DNA from: Podarcis bocagei
Lineage: Eukaryota
DNA length: 64,000 nucleotides
Assembly: GCA_964188305.1 (NCBI GenBank)
Contig: OZ076886.1
Reading direction: 5' to 3' (one strand)
The translations under genes and the position numbers were made by a program. Below are positions 36,313 to 51,056 of this stretch, piece after piece. Numbering within the stretch: the stretch's first letter is position 1; each line of letters begins with the position of its first letter. The notes beneath the pieces were generated by a model. That model had not been told where the DNA came from. It was given only the letters and a program-made list of their open reading frames with translations, and ran no database searches.

Positions 36313-39300
36313 GTAATAAAAGAACAGTGCTTTTCACAGTTGCCAGCTGTTGTGCCAAAGATTCTGAAAGACCTTTCAAAGACACTCAGTGGGAAACCTC
36401 TTACTGGTTTCTGGACTGGTGGAAAAGCTGGACTTAAGTTGACTGGTTATGAATACTTGGGATAGACTTGTGGCTCTCCATTTACGATGGGGGAATACTG
36501 GGTCAGTGCAGCCAAGAACTGTCAATCATAGCCTATTATAAAATCAGGGGGAACACTATACATTATGATCACAACCTCCACATTTACTGATTACAGACAC
36601 TTGAGGGCTTATAGTAATATTTGACCAATGGATTTTAGTACGCTTTCAAGAAAATGCATGGAATTAGTATTATTTTCACCTGAGCTCCAAAATTCAAAAA
36701 AGCAACAATAAAAGCAAGTTCAAGGGCATATATTATCAATGGCTGAGTGCCAAAGAACATTGCAACTCACTCTGCATGCTGAAAGAGTCTTGAACAGCCC
36801 ACATAGCAATTCACTTTGGAAATGAAAAGGGCTTTCAAAAGCGTGTAATCATGACAAAGAGCAATCCCATCTTAGTACTGCATGCTTTCCACCGGTTTAC
36901 TTGGAAGGAACAAGAATTAGGTTTGTAGATCTTTGCTGTGGCAGGCAACCATGCAGCCAGGACCTAAAAATTAGTGCCCATTCCAGCATGCACAGGCAAT
37001 TTGGTCATGTAGCTGCACTTTCCACAGATTCCTTCTACCTAAAGCCTGTGTTGCCTGTTCTTTTCTTCCCAGCAAACCCTGATCTGCACCTTGAAAAATG
37101 TAGCATAGTTTAGTATGGTTGAGTGCACATCTCCAACCTGCTATGTACCCACTTACCTTTTTGCACATATGCCCTTATCCTAAGCCTGTTGGGTAAAACC
37201 CTTCCTTCATTGTCTCCTCCCAAGGACAGAGCAGCAACTATGCTAAGGTTATCTCTCTATTTATCTGACAGAGGCTTACAGGGAGCAGGAAAGTGTCTTA
37301 TTTCCAGTCTGAGCACTTATGTGCAAAGCTGCCCCTGCCAAAGCAAAGAGGCTGATCTGTTCTTTGAGTTATCCAAGGGAATCTTCCCAAATAGCAGTTA
37401 ACTTTGTTTTGAGCCAGCTCATCTTTAAATCTCAAGGGGGACATGACCAGAAACCCGCCTCATGCTAGGATGAAAACAGCAGGAAGGAAGTATTCCTATC
37501 TCCTGCTTCCAGACCACATATTCAGTGCAACTTAAAGCTGGTCAAAGATCACTGGAAAAGAATGGGGCCCATATCCTTCATCAGTAGCATGGCTATCCTC
37601 CCCACCAACACTTACCTCCCCCAAAGTTCGGCTCCCGCATTTTTCATTAACTTTCAGTGATGTGGAAGAGCCATAGCTCAGTGGTAGAGCTCATGCATTG
37701 CATGTAGAAGTTCATCTCTGGTGCCTCAACCCCACAGACCAAGATCCCTGCAAACCCTGCTTGTTCTGTCTGGGTGATTTGAAAGCAAACAGCGAGGACA
37801 ATGGCTTAGGGGTGTGTGGACACAGTTGACCAGTGCTGCCTGCAAACAGTGCTTTCAGTAGGGAGCTGCATCTCTTTACTTGCTCCACATCTAAATGTTG
37901 TATATGATGTCAAGCTGTAGGGCACATGGGGAGAATAGCCTTGTGGGCGAAATGCTTGCACCAAGAAGGAGATTTACCATATCATTCTTACTTACCTAGT
38001 ACCAACCTCTCCACTACCTTCTTCCTGCAACAGCTGCTTAATTTGAATCAAATTCCTACTTGTTCAGACGTCTTTAATCTTGCCCAGCTGTGCCTCAGAG
38101 TCTCTCCTCTGGAGAATAGACCATCCTGAATGGACATGGTTCACATTAGTGAGAGCCAGGGGAGTTGAAATGCAGAAATATGCAACATCTCGGCCGTGGG
38201 GGAAAACATGGTTGGGAGGATGCTCCGAGGAGATTTCTGAAATAAAACATAATTATTTCAAATGAGTATGAAGCAAACGCTCTCCTCAGATTTCACTGGA
38301 GAATTGGAGATAGATTTGTTTGTCCATGTTGTAACTCAAAGAAGAATGTTCTGGCTGCTGCTTGTGAGCAGCATTTAAATTTACCTTAACCATCCCAACT
38401 TTCTCTGCAAACATCTGAGGTTTTTGCCTGTTTGCACATGTAATATGATACTGGTTTTCGTTTGCTAAGTAGCAGTAGAATATGCACAGTGCACCAACTG
38501 CTAGTTCCTGTCCAAACGTTGAATCCAGAATGACTGGATATTCCCCATTCTATTTTGTTATCATCCTGACCTTGATTCCACTCCATATGCCTCACACTTT
38601 TACTGGGAGAATTTATACAAATTAGTTTCATAACTTGAGCATGTTCAGTTTTCTGTAATCTTTGGGGTACCGTATATCTCCAACCTGTCCTGTGCTAGTT
38701 ATTGATGTGAAGAAACTTACATGTGCATTGATTACACTACAGCACGAAAAGGAGTCTTGATGCGATTGTATACTTGCATCAGGCTTTTTGTTCTGTGGTT
38801 TCAACTATGAATATATAGGCACATGAGCATTGATAAAACCACAGTGCAAAAAGGAATCTGGATGTGTTCAAGTAGTCACATCAGGATTCCTTTTTGTGGT
38901 ATGATTTCATCAGTGTCTGCACATTGGCAACTAATAAATGGGGCAGGGGGTTATGTTGAAGTGAAAACTGTAACAATGCACAGCTATTGAAAGTCCAGGG
39001 AAAAAACCCAGGAAATTAATCACTAACTCATCAGTGCAGCTCTGCCAACATGATTAGGTAATTTGGAACCATGGAGAAAAATCTCTGGAGAAATTCATAT
39101 GAGGATAACTTCACAAGCATCCGTAGATTAAACAAAAAGATTTAAAACAAATTCCTACATAAACATGCCTTGGGCAGCTTCATTATAGAGAGGATATAAA
39201 AGATGCATGCAATTCTTATTCAAGAACTGAGAAGTAGAGCATATGGAAACTGACAGCTGAGCTCCAATAAGAGATGCATAAGAAGCTGGTACTACCAGGC

Positions 39301-40342
39301 CTTACTTTGTACAACATGGATAAAGCAAGTACCTAATCAGTCAGCATTCAGACAGAAGTGTGAACTTCTGCTATCTGCAGTTTGATAATGTGACTGTACA
39401 GTGGAGTCTTGTAATTGCCACAATAGAAAAGAGGGAATATGAACACACACACAGAGAGTCCAGCAAAGATAAGCAGTAGCCAAATATAATTAGTGGCATG
39501 AAATAACAGGATGGGCCTGCCTTGCAAAAGTGCCTGGAGGAATTTTGCTGTTGTGGATTGTCAGTTTTCCAAACTATCAGCATCTCTAGAAGCTGGGAGC
39601 CTTTAACTGGGATACCTCTGTGAATTGGATGACTGTCAGCCTTCGTAATCAGACGAATGTAGTGACCACCACTTTCCCTCGTCCTCTCAGATGATGAGTG
39701 AGCCTTGCCTGTGACATCTCACTGTACTTTGGGAATGCTCACCCACCTTCAGGGTCCAGTACAGCTGCAAGGGCAGGCCCATTCTCCTTCTCCAGCTCTA
39801 AGTTGGGAGACAGGCTTAACCCTGGAAGTGCTGGACTGTGGAGAGGCTTGCAAAGCAATGAGACATCTTGCAGCTCTGCAATTCTCTCCATGGTGGCATT
39901 ACATTTGTGACACTTTTTGGAAAAAACAACAACCATATATGCTGTTTTTATAGTGATAAATAATAATTAATGCTGAGAATCATACACTAAATATTTCTCA
40001 CTTCTACATGCTTAGTGTGCTAGGTAGAAAGGGTCAAGCTTTCTTCACAGGTGAGAAGTTGTCACACTTAGGCTGCGTACACACTCCCATTTACTCTTCA
40101 TCCACTGTGTTCCTACTGCTGATTTGGAAAGCAGGGTATATACGACATGTTAGCCACAATCCACATCTATCTTGTGGATTCTATGATTCTGTATTAGAGG
40201 AGGAATGCAGCTGAATCCCTAAATTTGCAATGCGGACATTAGAAATGGAGTAGTAAATGAATTTTAGAATTCCATACTTATTATAGAAGGCCATAGTAAC
40301 ACATCTAATTCTGCTTCTGTTATTCCTTTTGTTCTGGTGAAG

Positions 40343-40617
40343 AGGGCAGCACCCCCTGGAGTGGTCGTGGCCTGGAGGCCAAGAGGACACCGTCCAGATT
40401 GGGAAGGAGAGCGATTCAGTGGTGTTGGTGAGTCTCGACGGTGTCCAAACAGTCAAGGAAGAGGATTGTGAGGGCACTGACACAAAGCCCTACTGCAAGG
40501 TCTTGACACTGACAGGGACTCAGGCTAACGACACGGGCTACTACCGCTGTTACTACAAGTACATCAATGCCAAAATCGAGGGCACCACTGCAGTCAGCAC
40601 CTATGTATTTGTGAGAG
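40343..40617 (+). CDS. FLT4: FLT4 exon 3 (Ig domain 1: [10 protein letters not shown]...[31 protein letters not shown])
   Basis: AG/GT bounded, 275 nt, in frame with its neighbours. Confidence 0.95.
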
Positions 40618-43600
40618 GTAAGAGGGTAAAAGACCTGCACAGCCAAAACAGATTGAACTCCAGGTGGAAGAACGTATTGGCCAAACTGCATTACAGCCTT
40701 TAAAATAATAACTTTTTTTTAAAATTGAAACTCTGTATTACATAGCAGGTTGCTTAAGGAAAAGCTACTTGGAGTTAAAATCATTGTGAAGAGACAGAGG
40801 TTACACTGTCCTCTGAAAGGGAAAAGTTATCGCAGTTTCAAATGATGTAAGATTGATGTGCCCATGTGCAATTTCGCCTGCCTGCCTCTATCCTAACTTA
40901 CTCTATCATGGCATGGCAGTCAATTTGCAGTGTTGATACTGAGTTCCTACATCATGCTGTTAAGGCTTCTCTGTTATCTAGGTCAGTAGTTTCAGACCCA
41001 GGGAGCCCACTTTTAACCTAAACATACATTTGGAGACCCAATTCTTCCCCCCCCCTTTTTTTTCTTGTGCCATATATTTGCATGGCGGTATTGCTGCTGT
41101 TTCAGCCCACATTGGATCAGGCCACAACCCAGTCGTGGTCCCCAACCACCAATTGAAACCAAGGATTTAGGTGGCTTGGAATTACATTAAATATACATAG
41201 TTGCATATGTTGTTCTGGAAGGGCACCACCTGTACCTTTGTGCATCAGATAGAAGGGCAGTGTTAAGAGAGGCTGCAATTGCAGCTATCCAATCTATTTG
41301 CAGCAAAACTGTGTGTATGTTTACCTGAAAACTGTGTGTATGTGTATGTTTACCTGAAAGAGCAGGAATTCTACATCATGACTGAAACTCCATGCTGCCT
41401 ATGCAGACACACCATGTCTATTGGTTTATTGTGTAGAAGACACTGAGAGGGCACCCGGTTGGGGAAGACTGCTCTAGACTACTCAGATGTTGCTTGTGCC
41501 CTGGGCATAAGGAATGGTGGGCGTGCACAGCACAAAGTGATAGAGGCTGAGGACATACATGAAATAGTTTTTATTGTTTAGGTTTCTATGGTGAAATCGC
41601 TATGAGTTGTTCTAGTGATTCATAAATGGAATGAAATAAATAATTGAATAATAAGAAGGGGGAACCCCAGAGTATATAGAGGAATCTGTAAGAGAAATTT
41701 GATGTTTCCCCATCCCCACCAGTTCTGAGGTGGCAAAGGTTCCTCCCGCCACCCATCTCTAGCACCTGGTCATCCTTCACCTCTGCAAATGCTTCTCTGT
41801 ATTCTGGTTTCCTCTCTCATCTGCATAACGATGATTAAATCCAGGGGAGTTGAAGAGGGGTGTCAAGTCTTCTGCTGAGAATAAATCAGTATTCATCCTC
41901 TTGTGTGGGATTTCTGATTATAGGCTCTGACTAGGGGATTCAATTACACTGGTGCCTGGGGTGAATGTTTCTGTCAGGCTGGAATGCAGGAATTTTTAGT
42001 TCAATGGCACCCTAGAACCACAGCAGTGGCCTTGTCTAGGTTTTTTTGGTTGTTGTTTTTTTTAAAGAGAGAAATTAAATCAATTGTTTGGAAGGGAAGG
42101 GTGAAACGCAGGAGCTGTTTTGAATAAAACTGAAGCAGAGAAGGATGAAAAACTGTAGTGCTGGAGTCAGAGAGGGTGTAGGAGGCAGAGATTCTCTTTT
42201 CCCCAATCGCATACTGTTTTGCCTCTGGCACCTGAATCATAATTTGTGTGTGATATAGCTGGATCTTCCAAACTCCCTAGATTTTTGCCAGTTAATGAAG
42301 TCATGATGTGATACATTTTCTGCTTTTAAAAGCCTTAAAATTATCCGATGTGTATGTCCTAGCTGTCAGTCAAGCATAATTTTAGATTAAAATTAGGAAA
42401 GATTGTGTACTAGGGGTAAAAAATCTAGACTCTCTTGTTCATATAGAGCTCACTAGTGCTTTGTGATTTTTGTGACTGTGAGGACATATTAATTATCTAG
42501 ATTTCTTTAAAACACAGATGCCGTAGGATTCTAAGAACACTTTCTAAAGCGTGTTTTCCACTTATCCAAAAAACAAATCCTAACCTTTCGGCCCCATTTA
42601 CCAACTCTGTGTGTATGATCAAAAGTAATGTAACTTGAAGGAGCAATCCTAATAACCAGATGGGTTTTGTTGTGCTAGCTCTTGACTGGTTCAGCAGAGA
42701 GGTCCAGATTAGACCCCTCACCCCTTCCCCACACAGGAATATCCCTTTCTAAGGGTTTACACTGACTACCACCCACTGCTTTTAGTGAGTGCAGTGGGGA
42801 ACCAGTGGGTGGACTAGAGTTTCCTCTTCTCATAACCCACGCCAAATGAAGAGGCACATCTTCCACTCTAGGGCAGTGGATTGCATGTTTGGATTGTTCT
42901 GCCATCTACCTAGTAAACTTGGGATGAGTTACAAAATGAGATATAATAATTCTAAAGCACAAAAATGCATTCATCTGGTTTGTGGTGGCTAAGTGAAGAG
43001 CAAGCATGTGCTGTGCAGAGTGCTGTGGTGAGCCGGTCATATCTATCTGTTTTAACACAGATTGGCAAGCACCAGAAAAAAATGACAATGCAGTATTACG
43101 ACTACATCTCGGTGCCAAAAATCTGCCTGTACAAGCAGTAATGAGAAATTAAAGGTCACTTCTAGTTCTATAGTTGTGGTGGTTACAGTTATCAACAAGA
43201 AGATGCACGTCATCTGTGATGTCACTAGGCAGGGTGGGGGAACTTGTTGGACTCCAACTCCCATCAGATTCAGCCAGCGTGGCTAGTGATTTTGGGAGTT
43301 GTGGTCCAACAACATTCAGAGGACCAGCAGTTTGCCCAGCTTTGTTATAAGGGGAACCTGTGCATTCTCTGTCACTTCTCTACTCCAAATCACTCTCCTA
43401 ACTTCTTTCCCCCTGCACACTTCCAATTGCCTGTTCCTCCTGGCAAACTTGCATTTGGAACTGCAAAGGGAAGGAGACAGAAAGTGCCTGCATGGGCAAT
43501 TTGGAACAGAGAAGGAACGAGCGAGAAGGGGAAAAAACCCTAAGCCTTGCCTGGTCTCTTCTCCAAATTCCCCACCCTCAATGCTGCTTTTCTTTATAAA

Positions 43601-44747
43601 GTATATAAAGTATATTAATACAGCTTATTGACACTTATTTGGTTTTACTTTTGCACAACAATCCATTCATGGGTGGTCTTAATTTTTGCTATAGTTTGGG
43701 ATCAGAATATCTGACCAAAATGTGCTGGGAATCACAACCACATGGTAGGCTCCCATGCTGCTCAGACCAACTTTCCTGGCCAGCGTCACTGACCTCAGAG
43801 GAAGGCAATGGTGTTGGTACTCGGGTGACCCCCTCTGTATGAATGTTAAAACATGGAGCACCACAGGAACCAGGAATGCAGAAGTGGTCCTGATGCCATT
43901 CCAGCAGTAGGTGAATTGGCCCTCAGATGTTTGAAATTATAAGATGCGATAAGCTGATGGACAGGGTCTTCATGCTGCACTGGCCCCCAGTCCTTGCCCC
44001 ACACCTCAGCCCCCAAACTCAAAGCCACACTTTAGCTTTCTCCTCCATAATAACGTTCATCATTGCTTCTTCTCACGTGCATAAATGCATGCATACATCA
44101 TTTCTTTCTCCTAAGCACAAAGTTACATGTGTCCCGTCCCCCCATAACTGTCCACCCTTCAAATACTTAGAAAACAGGGAGTCAGTGTTCAAAGAGAAAT
44201 TGCAATTGCTTTTGGGTTATGTGGATATTAGTGTAGATTATGGACTTTGGCTATTCAGAATCCAGTCTAAATATAATATGGGCAATTAATAGTGAGCCCC
44301 TGTGGTTTGCCAGCTGAGCAACTGTTGCTGGTATTTTAAAATAAATCATTCTCCGATAACAAACTCAAAATAACAATAGCCAGAGGCATTAGAAGTTTGG
44401 CAGGAATTTCCCCTCATGAATGTTAGTTCTCTCTTAATCTAATCTGCCCTTGGTCTTTGCTATGAACATCTGTGGCTGCTCTTCAAATACATCCTGGAGG
44501 AATATTTATATAAAAACACAGAGATGGAATAAAATCCAAAACCTCTAGTCAGGAGCACTTAGCAGCAAAGAAGCTGATGTACAACACTGCCCATGAAAAT
44601 ATGTCTCAATCATGACCTCGTGCTGCAATTGTAGGATGGTGAAATTGGTTTCTTCTCTCAGTTTAGAGCTAACTTGCTCTTTGCTAGCATAACGGGGGCC
44701 TAAGTTGGAGATTTGTGTATACGTTACAAACTTCTGAAGAACAACAG

Positions 44748-44940
44748 GAGGCAGCGTGGTTAGAATGTCAGACTAGGATCAGGAAGACCTGAGTTCAAAA
44801 CCTCATTCATTATACTTGGATCAGCTGCTATCTCTCAACCTAACCTTCCTCACAGGGTTGTTGTGAGGATAAGAAGCAGGGCAGGAAGACCAGCGTATGC
44901 TGGCCTGAGCTTCTTAGTTGAAGGTTATAAATGTAATAAG
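44748..44940 (+). mobile_element. Old CORE/MIR-like SINE remnant
   Basis: GTGGTTAGAATGTCAGACT...GACCTGAGTTCAAA head and CCTCACAGGGTTGTTGTGAGGAT tail motif. Confidence 0.6.
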
Positions 44941-47198
44941 TACATAAACTGTGGTCTGATATCTGAGTTGTCAAAGGGATGGGGAATGGTGCATTTATTG
45001 TCACTGACCTCCTAGGATAGCTTCCGCAATTTGCATCATGTCTCTAACCCTAACCCTAACCTTAAATTTCCCTTCCTTTCTCCAACTTCTCAAGGATGTC
45101 ATTGTTACAAAGGCAAGAAGTGCCTTCCTCCAAGTGCTTGCTACCACGTTTATACTTGTTTTATCTCTGCATTTAAGGGTTGTGGCTCAGGGGGCAGAAG
45201 ATCAGCTTATTGAGCTAGGTAGACCAATGGTCTGACTTGTTAGATAAGGCAGTTTCCTATGTTCCTACATACTGAACAGCCATTTAAAAAATATTCAGAC
45301 AAATGACCATTTTTCGTGTGTGTGTGTGTGTGAATGAGAGAGAGAGAGGATGTAATCAACCACTACAGCAAGTTTTATTATATTATGACAGACCCAGTAC
45401 AATCGAATTAAAACACCAAAATCATACAGTTTCTAATATTCACTGATTTAAAATACTGTATATGGTACAATGAAAACAAATCAAGATACCAATTAAACTG
45501 AAACAATCCCTTTATGGTTCTCTGCAGCAGAAAAGAGAGATCTTCCATTCCAAATTGTTCCATTACATTATTTTGTTTGTGTTAGCCAATAAATAGGTAG
45601 CCCAAATACCATTCACAGGTACTTCCTCGGTATTTTAGTAGGATGGGAGTAGATAATTAATTCTCCTCATCTCTGTAAGAATATAATGATGATAGCAGCT
45701 AGGACCTTAAAAGAGTCTGAGGCCTGAGTTCAGCACTCTCTCTGCCTTTAGGGGCAATACTAGAGCTCCTCATGGACACCCACACAATTGTCATGCATAG
45801 GTGGGGAGCTTCACTGTAGCCCGTGAGTGACAGACATTTTTAAAAAACCACCGTCCATTTTTTCTTCTGCCTTTAAAGCCAGAGTTTGAATCTGGAGTCC
45901 ACATTGACACTGGATATGACTGTGCGGGTTGAAGAAGATTGCCAGCCTCTCCACGCATGTGGAGAAGGTTCTCTGAAGCTTTCTTTGTGTCTTCGTTTTA
46001 GCATTCGAATTTGTGGTTTTTTTAATTGGAATTTGGGGAATAGGGGTTTTGTTGTTTCTACTATGCTAAGCTCATGGCCACAACAATGGATTTGTATAGA
46101 TCAGCCTTAACTACAGGAATTCTGAAAGGAAATCTGGCCGCATGAAATCCAAGTTGCCATTGAGCTATCATATGGCTTGCTCCCCCTGCCCCCTTATTCG
46201 CTTTTCTAAAATTCTACACTGCAGGATAATCTATTAAGTCCAAATATGCTGAAAAAGAAAGGAGCAATAAAAATTTCTTGAATGCTTCTGTGGGGAAAAC
46301 AGTTTTCTCTTAATGTCAAGAAAGACAATAAGCAGGAGCATTCTAAGCTTGGCTGCTGATAAATTGGATTGACAAAACAGACATGAAAGGCATTTGGCCT
46401 ACTTTCCTGACTCATGTTATTGTTCTGCAAGTCAGGGCATGAAAATTGCTGAGTTATGAAGCTAAAAAGATTGGGAAAAGGCATTATTCATGCTAAAGAG
46501 ATTAGCAGTAGTATCCATATTCAGACTTAACTAATTTCCATCCTGTCCTTTATCTGAGGGGCTCAGAAAGGTATATATGGGGCTGTCCTATTCTGTCCTC
46601 TCAAAAACCCTATATAGGTTATTCCGTGACAGACACTTCGGTTGAGCAGAGGTTTGAATCCAGATCTCCCCCTTTCAAATCAAGCACTCTGTCCATTATA
46701 ACTCACATCTGAAGTGATTACTAGAACATACAGTACTAGCACAGAGCACTGAATTCAAAATAAGAATTAAGCAGACAACCTAAATTAACAAAAACAGCTA
46801 AACATATTATAGCTATACACAGGTTTGCTGCCTGAGTTAATGGAAACACAGGCAGTTTCCTAAAGTTTACTATGATTCCCTTTGCTTTCTGGGTGCCCTT
46901 TTGTTGTTGTTGGTGGTGGTGGTGGTTAAATGAACTGGTAACCTAAGGTTGTAATCCTATACCCTTTTTGCCTGGGAGTAACTACCACTGAACTAAGTGG
47001 TACTTATTTTTGAGTAGGCATGTATAGATTTGCACAATAAGACTGTTCATACATTTCCCATCTCATATTTGTACCCGACTCAGTACAATGTCCTGCAGAT
47101 TTTAGCTAACTTTATTTAAAAAAAAAAGCAGCAAGGAGGGGGAAATAACTATATTTTCCTTGTTTTCTCCAATTCTGCGGCTCTTCTTTCATTCTCAG

Positions 47199-47311
47199 AT
47201 TATGAGCGGCCATTTATCAATAAACCAGAGGCTCTTCTTATCTACAAGAAGGAGAATATCTGGGTCCCATGCCTGGTATCTATTCCAGACCTTAACATCA
47301 CTTTGCTCTCG
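47199..47311 (+). CDS. FLT4: FLT4 exon 4 ([38 protein letters not shown])
   Basis: CAG acceptor, 113 nt, GTAAGA donor. Confidence 0.96.
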
Positions 47312-48624
47312 GTAAGAAATCTCCCTGTGGGATGACTCAGGAATCTGCCTTATTTCAGTCTGAAGGGGAACAGAGAAAATACCTGGGGGTGTGTATGTGT
47401 GAAAGAAAAACAGAAAAAGAAACCCACTAAAGGTGTTGTCCTTGCAAATCTGGATGAAATCCCTGGATGTAACCCCTGTGGATGTTTCCCAGTAACAGTT
47501 GTGGTTCCCCCATTTTGGACTCCCTTGCACTGTTGATTTCAGAGTCCCTTCAGATTGCTCTGAAACAGGGATGGGAAACCTGCCGCCCTCCAACTCTCAT
47601 CAGCTCCAGCCAGTATGGCGAATGGTCAGGGGGAGGATGGGAACTGCAGTCCCAACATTACAGATTACCCATTCCCACTCTACAGTGTTATTGATCTTCT
47701 CTGAAGAGATACTCCAGCATTATAATATATTATAATCTGGAGAAGGAAGTGAAACTCCTAGGGAGGGGAGGAAAACGTTTCATATATATATTCAGTTCTC
47801 TCTAAGGCTTCATTTTCTGGCACACCAGCATCAATTTATGCAGTTCCCCTTTTCTGGGGGTTGTACTCCACTTTCTGCAGGCTGTGAGAACCATTTCACA
47901 TGCCTTGTTCCACCAAGTATATACTTTTCTGGGAGATGCATCCAATCATAGCCCCTCATGTTTTTACCTGTATGATGCATGTTTTTGAAAATACATCTTT
48001 GCTTACATTTTATAGTTTTAAAACCTATCTGGTGCACACTCAAATATAGTATGTGAAGCAGCCCTTTGCTAAAATGCATAAGCTGCAATCTTTTAAAGGG
48101 TTTCCCAGTTCTTAACAATGCTTGAAATCCTACAAGAGTCGTGGGAAACTATGGAAAGGACCACCACACTGTTTCATTTGCTGCTGTATTTACACCTCTC
48201 ATGAAATGCAAAAAGAAACATTAGTCCTGGAAGGCCAGAACCAATTTCCATTACCTGAGGGAAATGGCAGCCTGTGCACAATGTAACCTCACCAGTGTCA
48301 TAAATTCACTCTTTGGGCAAGCTGTCCTCTCAGCCATTTTTCTTGCCTCTTCCTCTCCTAGAATCACAATAGTCTCATGACCAAAGCTTCATTGGAAGTG
48401 CATTTGGATTTATGTTCGGGGTGTCAGTAGACACCCCCCCCTCAAAATAACCCACAGGGTCACATACTGTAACAGAAAGCTGTCTATAAGTTTGGAGGGA
48501 TTTCCCCACCCCGTCAGGTGTGAAATATTGGAACTGGTCTTGAATAGCTCTTCAAAGAAATGAAGGATGCAGCAGTAATTATATCACCCTGCACGTCTCT
48601 TAAAAATATTTTATCTGTTTCTAG

Positions 48625-48787
48625 ACAACCTCTCCCATATATCCAGACGGGAAGAACGTTCTTTGGGACAACAAAAAAGGAATGCTGGTCCCCACTCACC
48701 TGATCAAGGACTCCTTGTTTGTTGAGTGTGAAACTTTCATTGATATGAAGCCCCGCAAATCAAGTTTCTTCCTTGTCCATATTGCAG
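48625..48787 (+). CDS. FLT4: FLT4 exon 5 (TTSPIYPDGKNVLWDNKKGMLVP...FFLVHIA)
   Basis: TAG acceptor, 163 nt, GTGAA donor. Confidence 0.95.
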
Positions 48788-50021
48788 GTGAATTTTGGAA
48801 CAGAGTCAGTCACTGTGACAATCGACCTCTTAAAAGTGCTCAGGCAGTACGACAACCATTATTCACACATGAGACTTCCAGCCATTCTTGCTGCAGTCCC
48901 TTTGTAACGTGATTATGAAACCTGCTATGACCAGAAGGCTTGTTTTGTATTATAAATGCCTCTGGTTTGCCTGCTACATCATCAATAAACAGCTTCAATT
49001 GTCATGCCCATGGCTTCAAGCCATGATTGAGGGATTGATTTGGAAGGTGAGGAAGGCTCCAGGCACTGGTTCTGGACCTAATCACCCAGACAATCGCCTC
49101 CAGTTCCCTCTGAGCCATAGGACCCAATGGCAGCACAACTGCCCTTACTCTCAAGGGCTTATTAGTCTCCATGCCTGGTCAAGATGACACTAGATGTGGA
49201 TAGGGATTGGCTGAGTAGTGTATCACTCCAGGCACAGGGACTGTCCCTTTAAACTTCTCCATCCATCTCAGTGAGGGCAGAAGCTGGCAACCAAGCCAAA
49301 GGTAGGAGACTTGGATGGGTTTCAGGCATCATCAGAACAAGTAGTCACTGCGGAGCTGTCTGAGGTGCTGCCACTCCAACATGACCTCGCCCTGCCCCTA
49401 ATTCTGATAGATGCACGTTTGTGCCTAAGTACAATTGTGAAAATGCTAAATCTTACATATTAAAAACCAAAACACACATGCATTCACAATCATGGGAACA
49501 GGCAGCTGGTGGCATCAGAGAACATTTCAGAATAAGGTAGGATGACGTGAAATGAAATTAAAGTTTAAAAATAAGGAAGCAAAATAAGCAATGTCTGGGT
49601 GCAAATAAACCCTCACATTCTATCTGTTCTATCTACAATGGCAGTCATTGTTACCCCTTCAAATGGGCACATATTCCTTGTTCAAAATGCACTTTTTGAT
49701 ATGGCACACCCTCATTCCTATTCCCTGCATATTTCTTGCTATATTCTGTAGGATGTCAATTGACAGTTGAATAAGGAAGTAATCAACAAAGTTTAAGGTA
49801 GGGAGTTTGACCATCCAGAACCACAGTAGTTTGATAACACAGACAAATGGCTACAGAATTAAGCAAATATAGGGGGGGGGCATCTTAGACCAATGAGTCT
49901 GTGTTGTGTAGTTTGATTTTATTTTTTTATAAATTTGTTACAATTTTGTAGCAAGAGTTCCGTCCCCCCCCCCCAAGGAAAAACTGTATTTGTTTAAGTA
50001 GTTGCCTTACTTTTACACCAG

Positions 50022-50161
50022 GGAACGAACTTTATGACATCCAGTTGTTTCCAAGGAAGGCCATGGAACTTCTAGTGGGAGAAAAACTATATCTCAACTG
50101 TACAGTATGGGCTGAGTTTAATTCGGGAGTTGATTTCCAGTGGGATTACCCTGCGAAACAG
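50022..50161 (+). CDS. FLT4: FLT4 exon 6 ([47 protein letters not shown])
   Basis: CAG acceptor, 140 nt, GTAGG donor. Confidence 0.96.
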
Positions 50162-50487
50162 GTAGGAGTTGACATTGTCTTATTCAGTTTTGGCTTCTGT
50201 GGGTGGTTTGTGTGCACTACTTTTGATTTTGGATCCATGGAGTGGAAGCGGAACACACCCCCCCCCCCAATTCATGCATACTTGACAAACCTAATTACGC
50301 TTGTATAGTCACATCTCATGTTCCTTGTACTCTCTGCCTTGTTACTTGCAGCCTTCCTTCCCCCCCTAAATTTACTCCCTGCAGAGAAAAAATGAAATAG
50401 CAATGCCTTCCCGAGTACATGCCAATTCAATCCAGTTTGGGGCATGTTTGCATTCACAATGTATCTGACACCTCCATCACTGCTGGG

Positions 50488-50663
50488 ATGGGCTGCAGCT
50501 CTCTGGCACAGCATCTGCTGTGCATGCAGAAGATCCATGGCATCTCTAGGTAGGGCTGTGAATTGCCCCCTGCCTGAAACCCTGGAGAGATGCTGTCCGT
50601 CACTGTAGACAGTACTGAGCTGGAGGAAGCAATGGTTCTAACTCGGTGAAAGGCAGCTTTCTG
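50488..50663 (+). mobile_element. Short squamate SINE (Squam3-like)
   Basis: GGGCTGCAGCTC...GCATCTGCTGTGCATGCAGAAG...GAAACCCTGGAGAG...AAGGCAGCTT. Confidence 0.65.
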
Positions 50664-51003
50664 TGTCACCACAACCCTATTCATATGTTTAATAGAATGG
50701 GTGTAGAGAAAGACGTGTATGCCAGCCCTGCCCCAAAGGTCGCTGTCCCTGTAGGCTCCATCCCCAACATTTCTGGGACATTTTGCTGAGCAGGCTAAAT
50801 GAGATCAAAGGTTTACCAAGGAAGATGTAGAGGGAGGCTCCCGTGCAGGAGTTTCTTTGGGGAAGCAAGCTAGGGTGATAGAAAAAAGAGACTTGCCTTC
50901 TCCAAGTCACAGTGAGAGTCTTTGCTCCCGTATTGACCCACCCTGTAGACTTGCCTATGCTCGTCTTCATCGCTCCTTTTTCTTCTTGACTCCTTATCTG
51001 GGA

Positions 51004-51004
<1 letters not shown>

Positions 51005-51056
<52 letters not shown>

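Noticed and set aside
40428-40433. Internal GTGAGT in exon 3 as an alternative donor
   Set aside because: Its use would put exon 4 out of frame, and there is no evidence for use.
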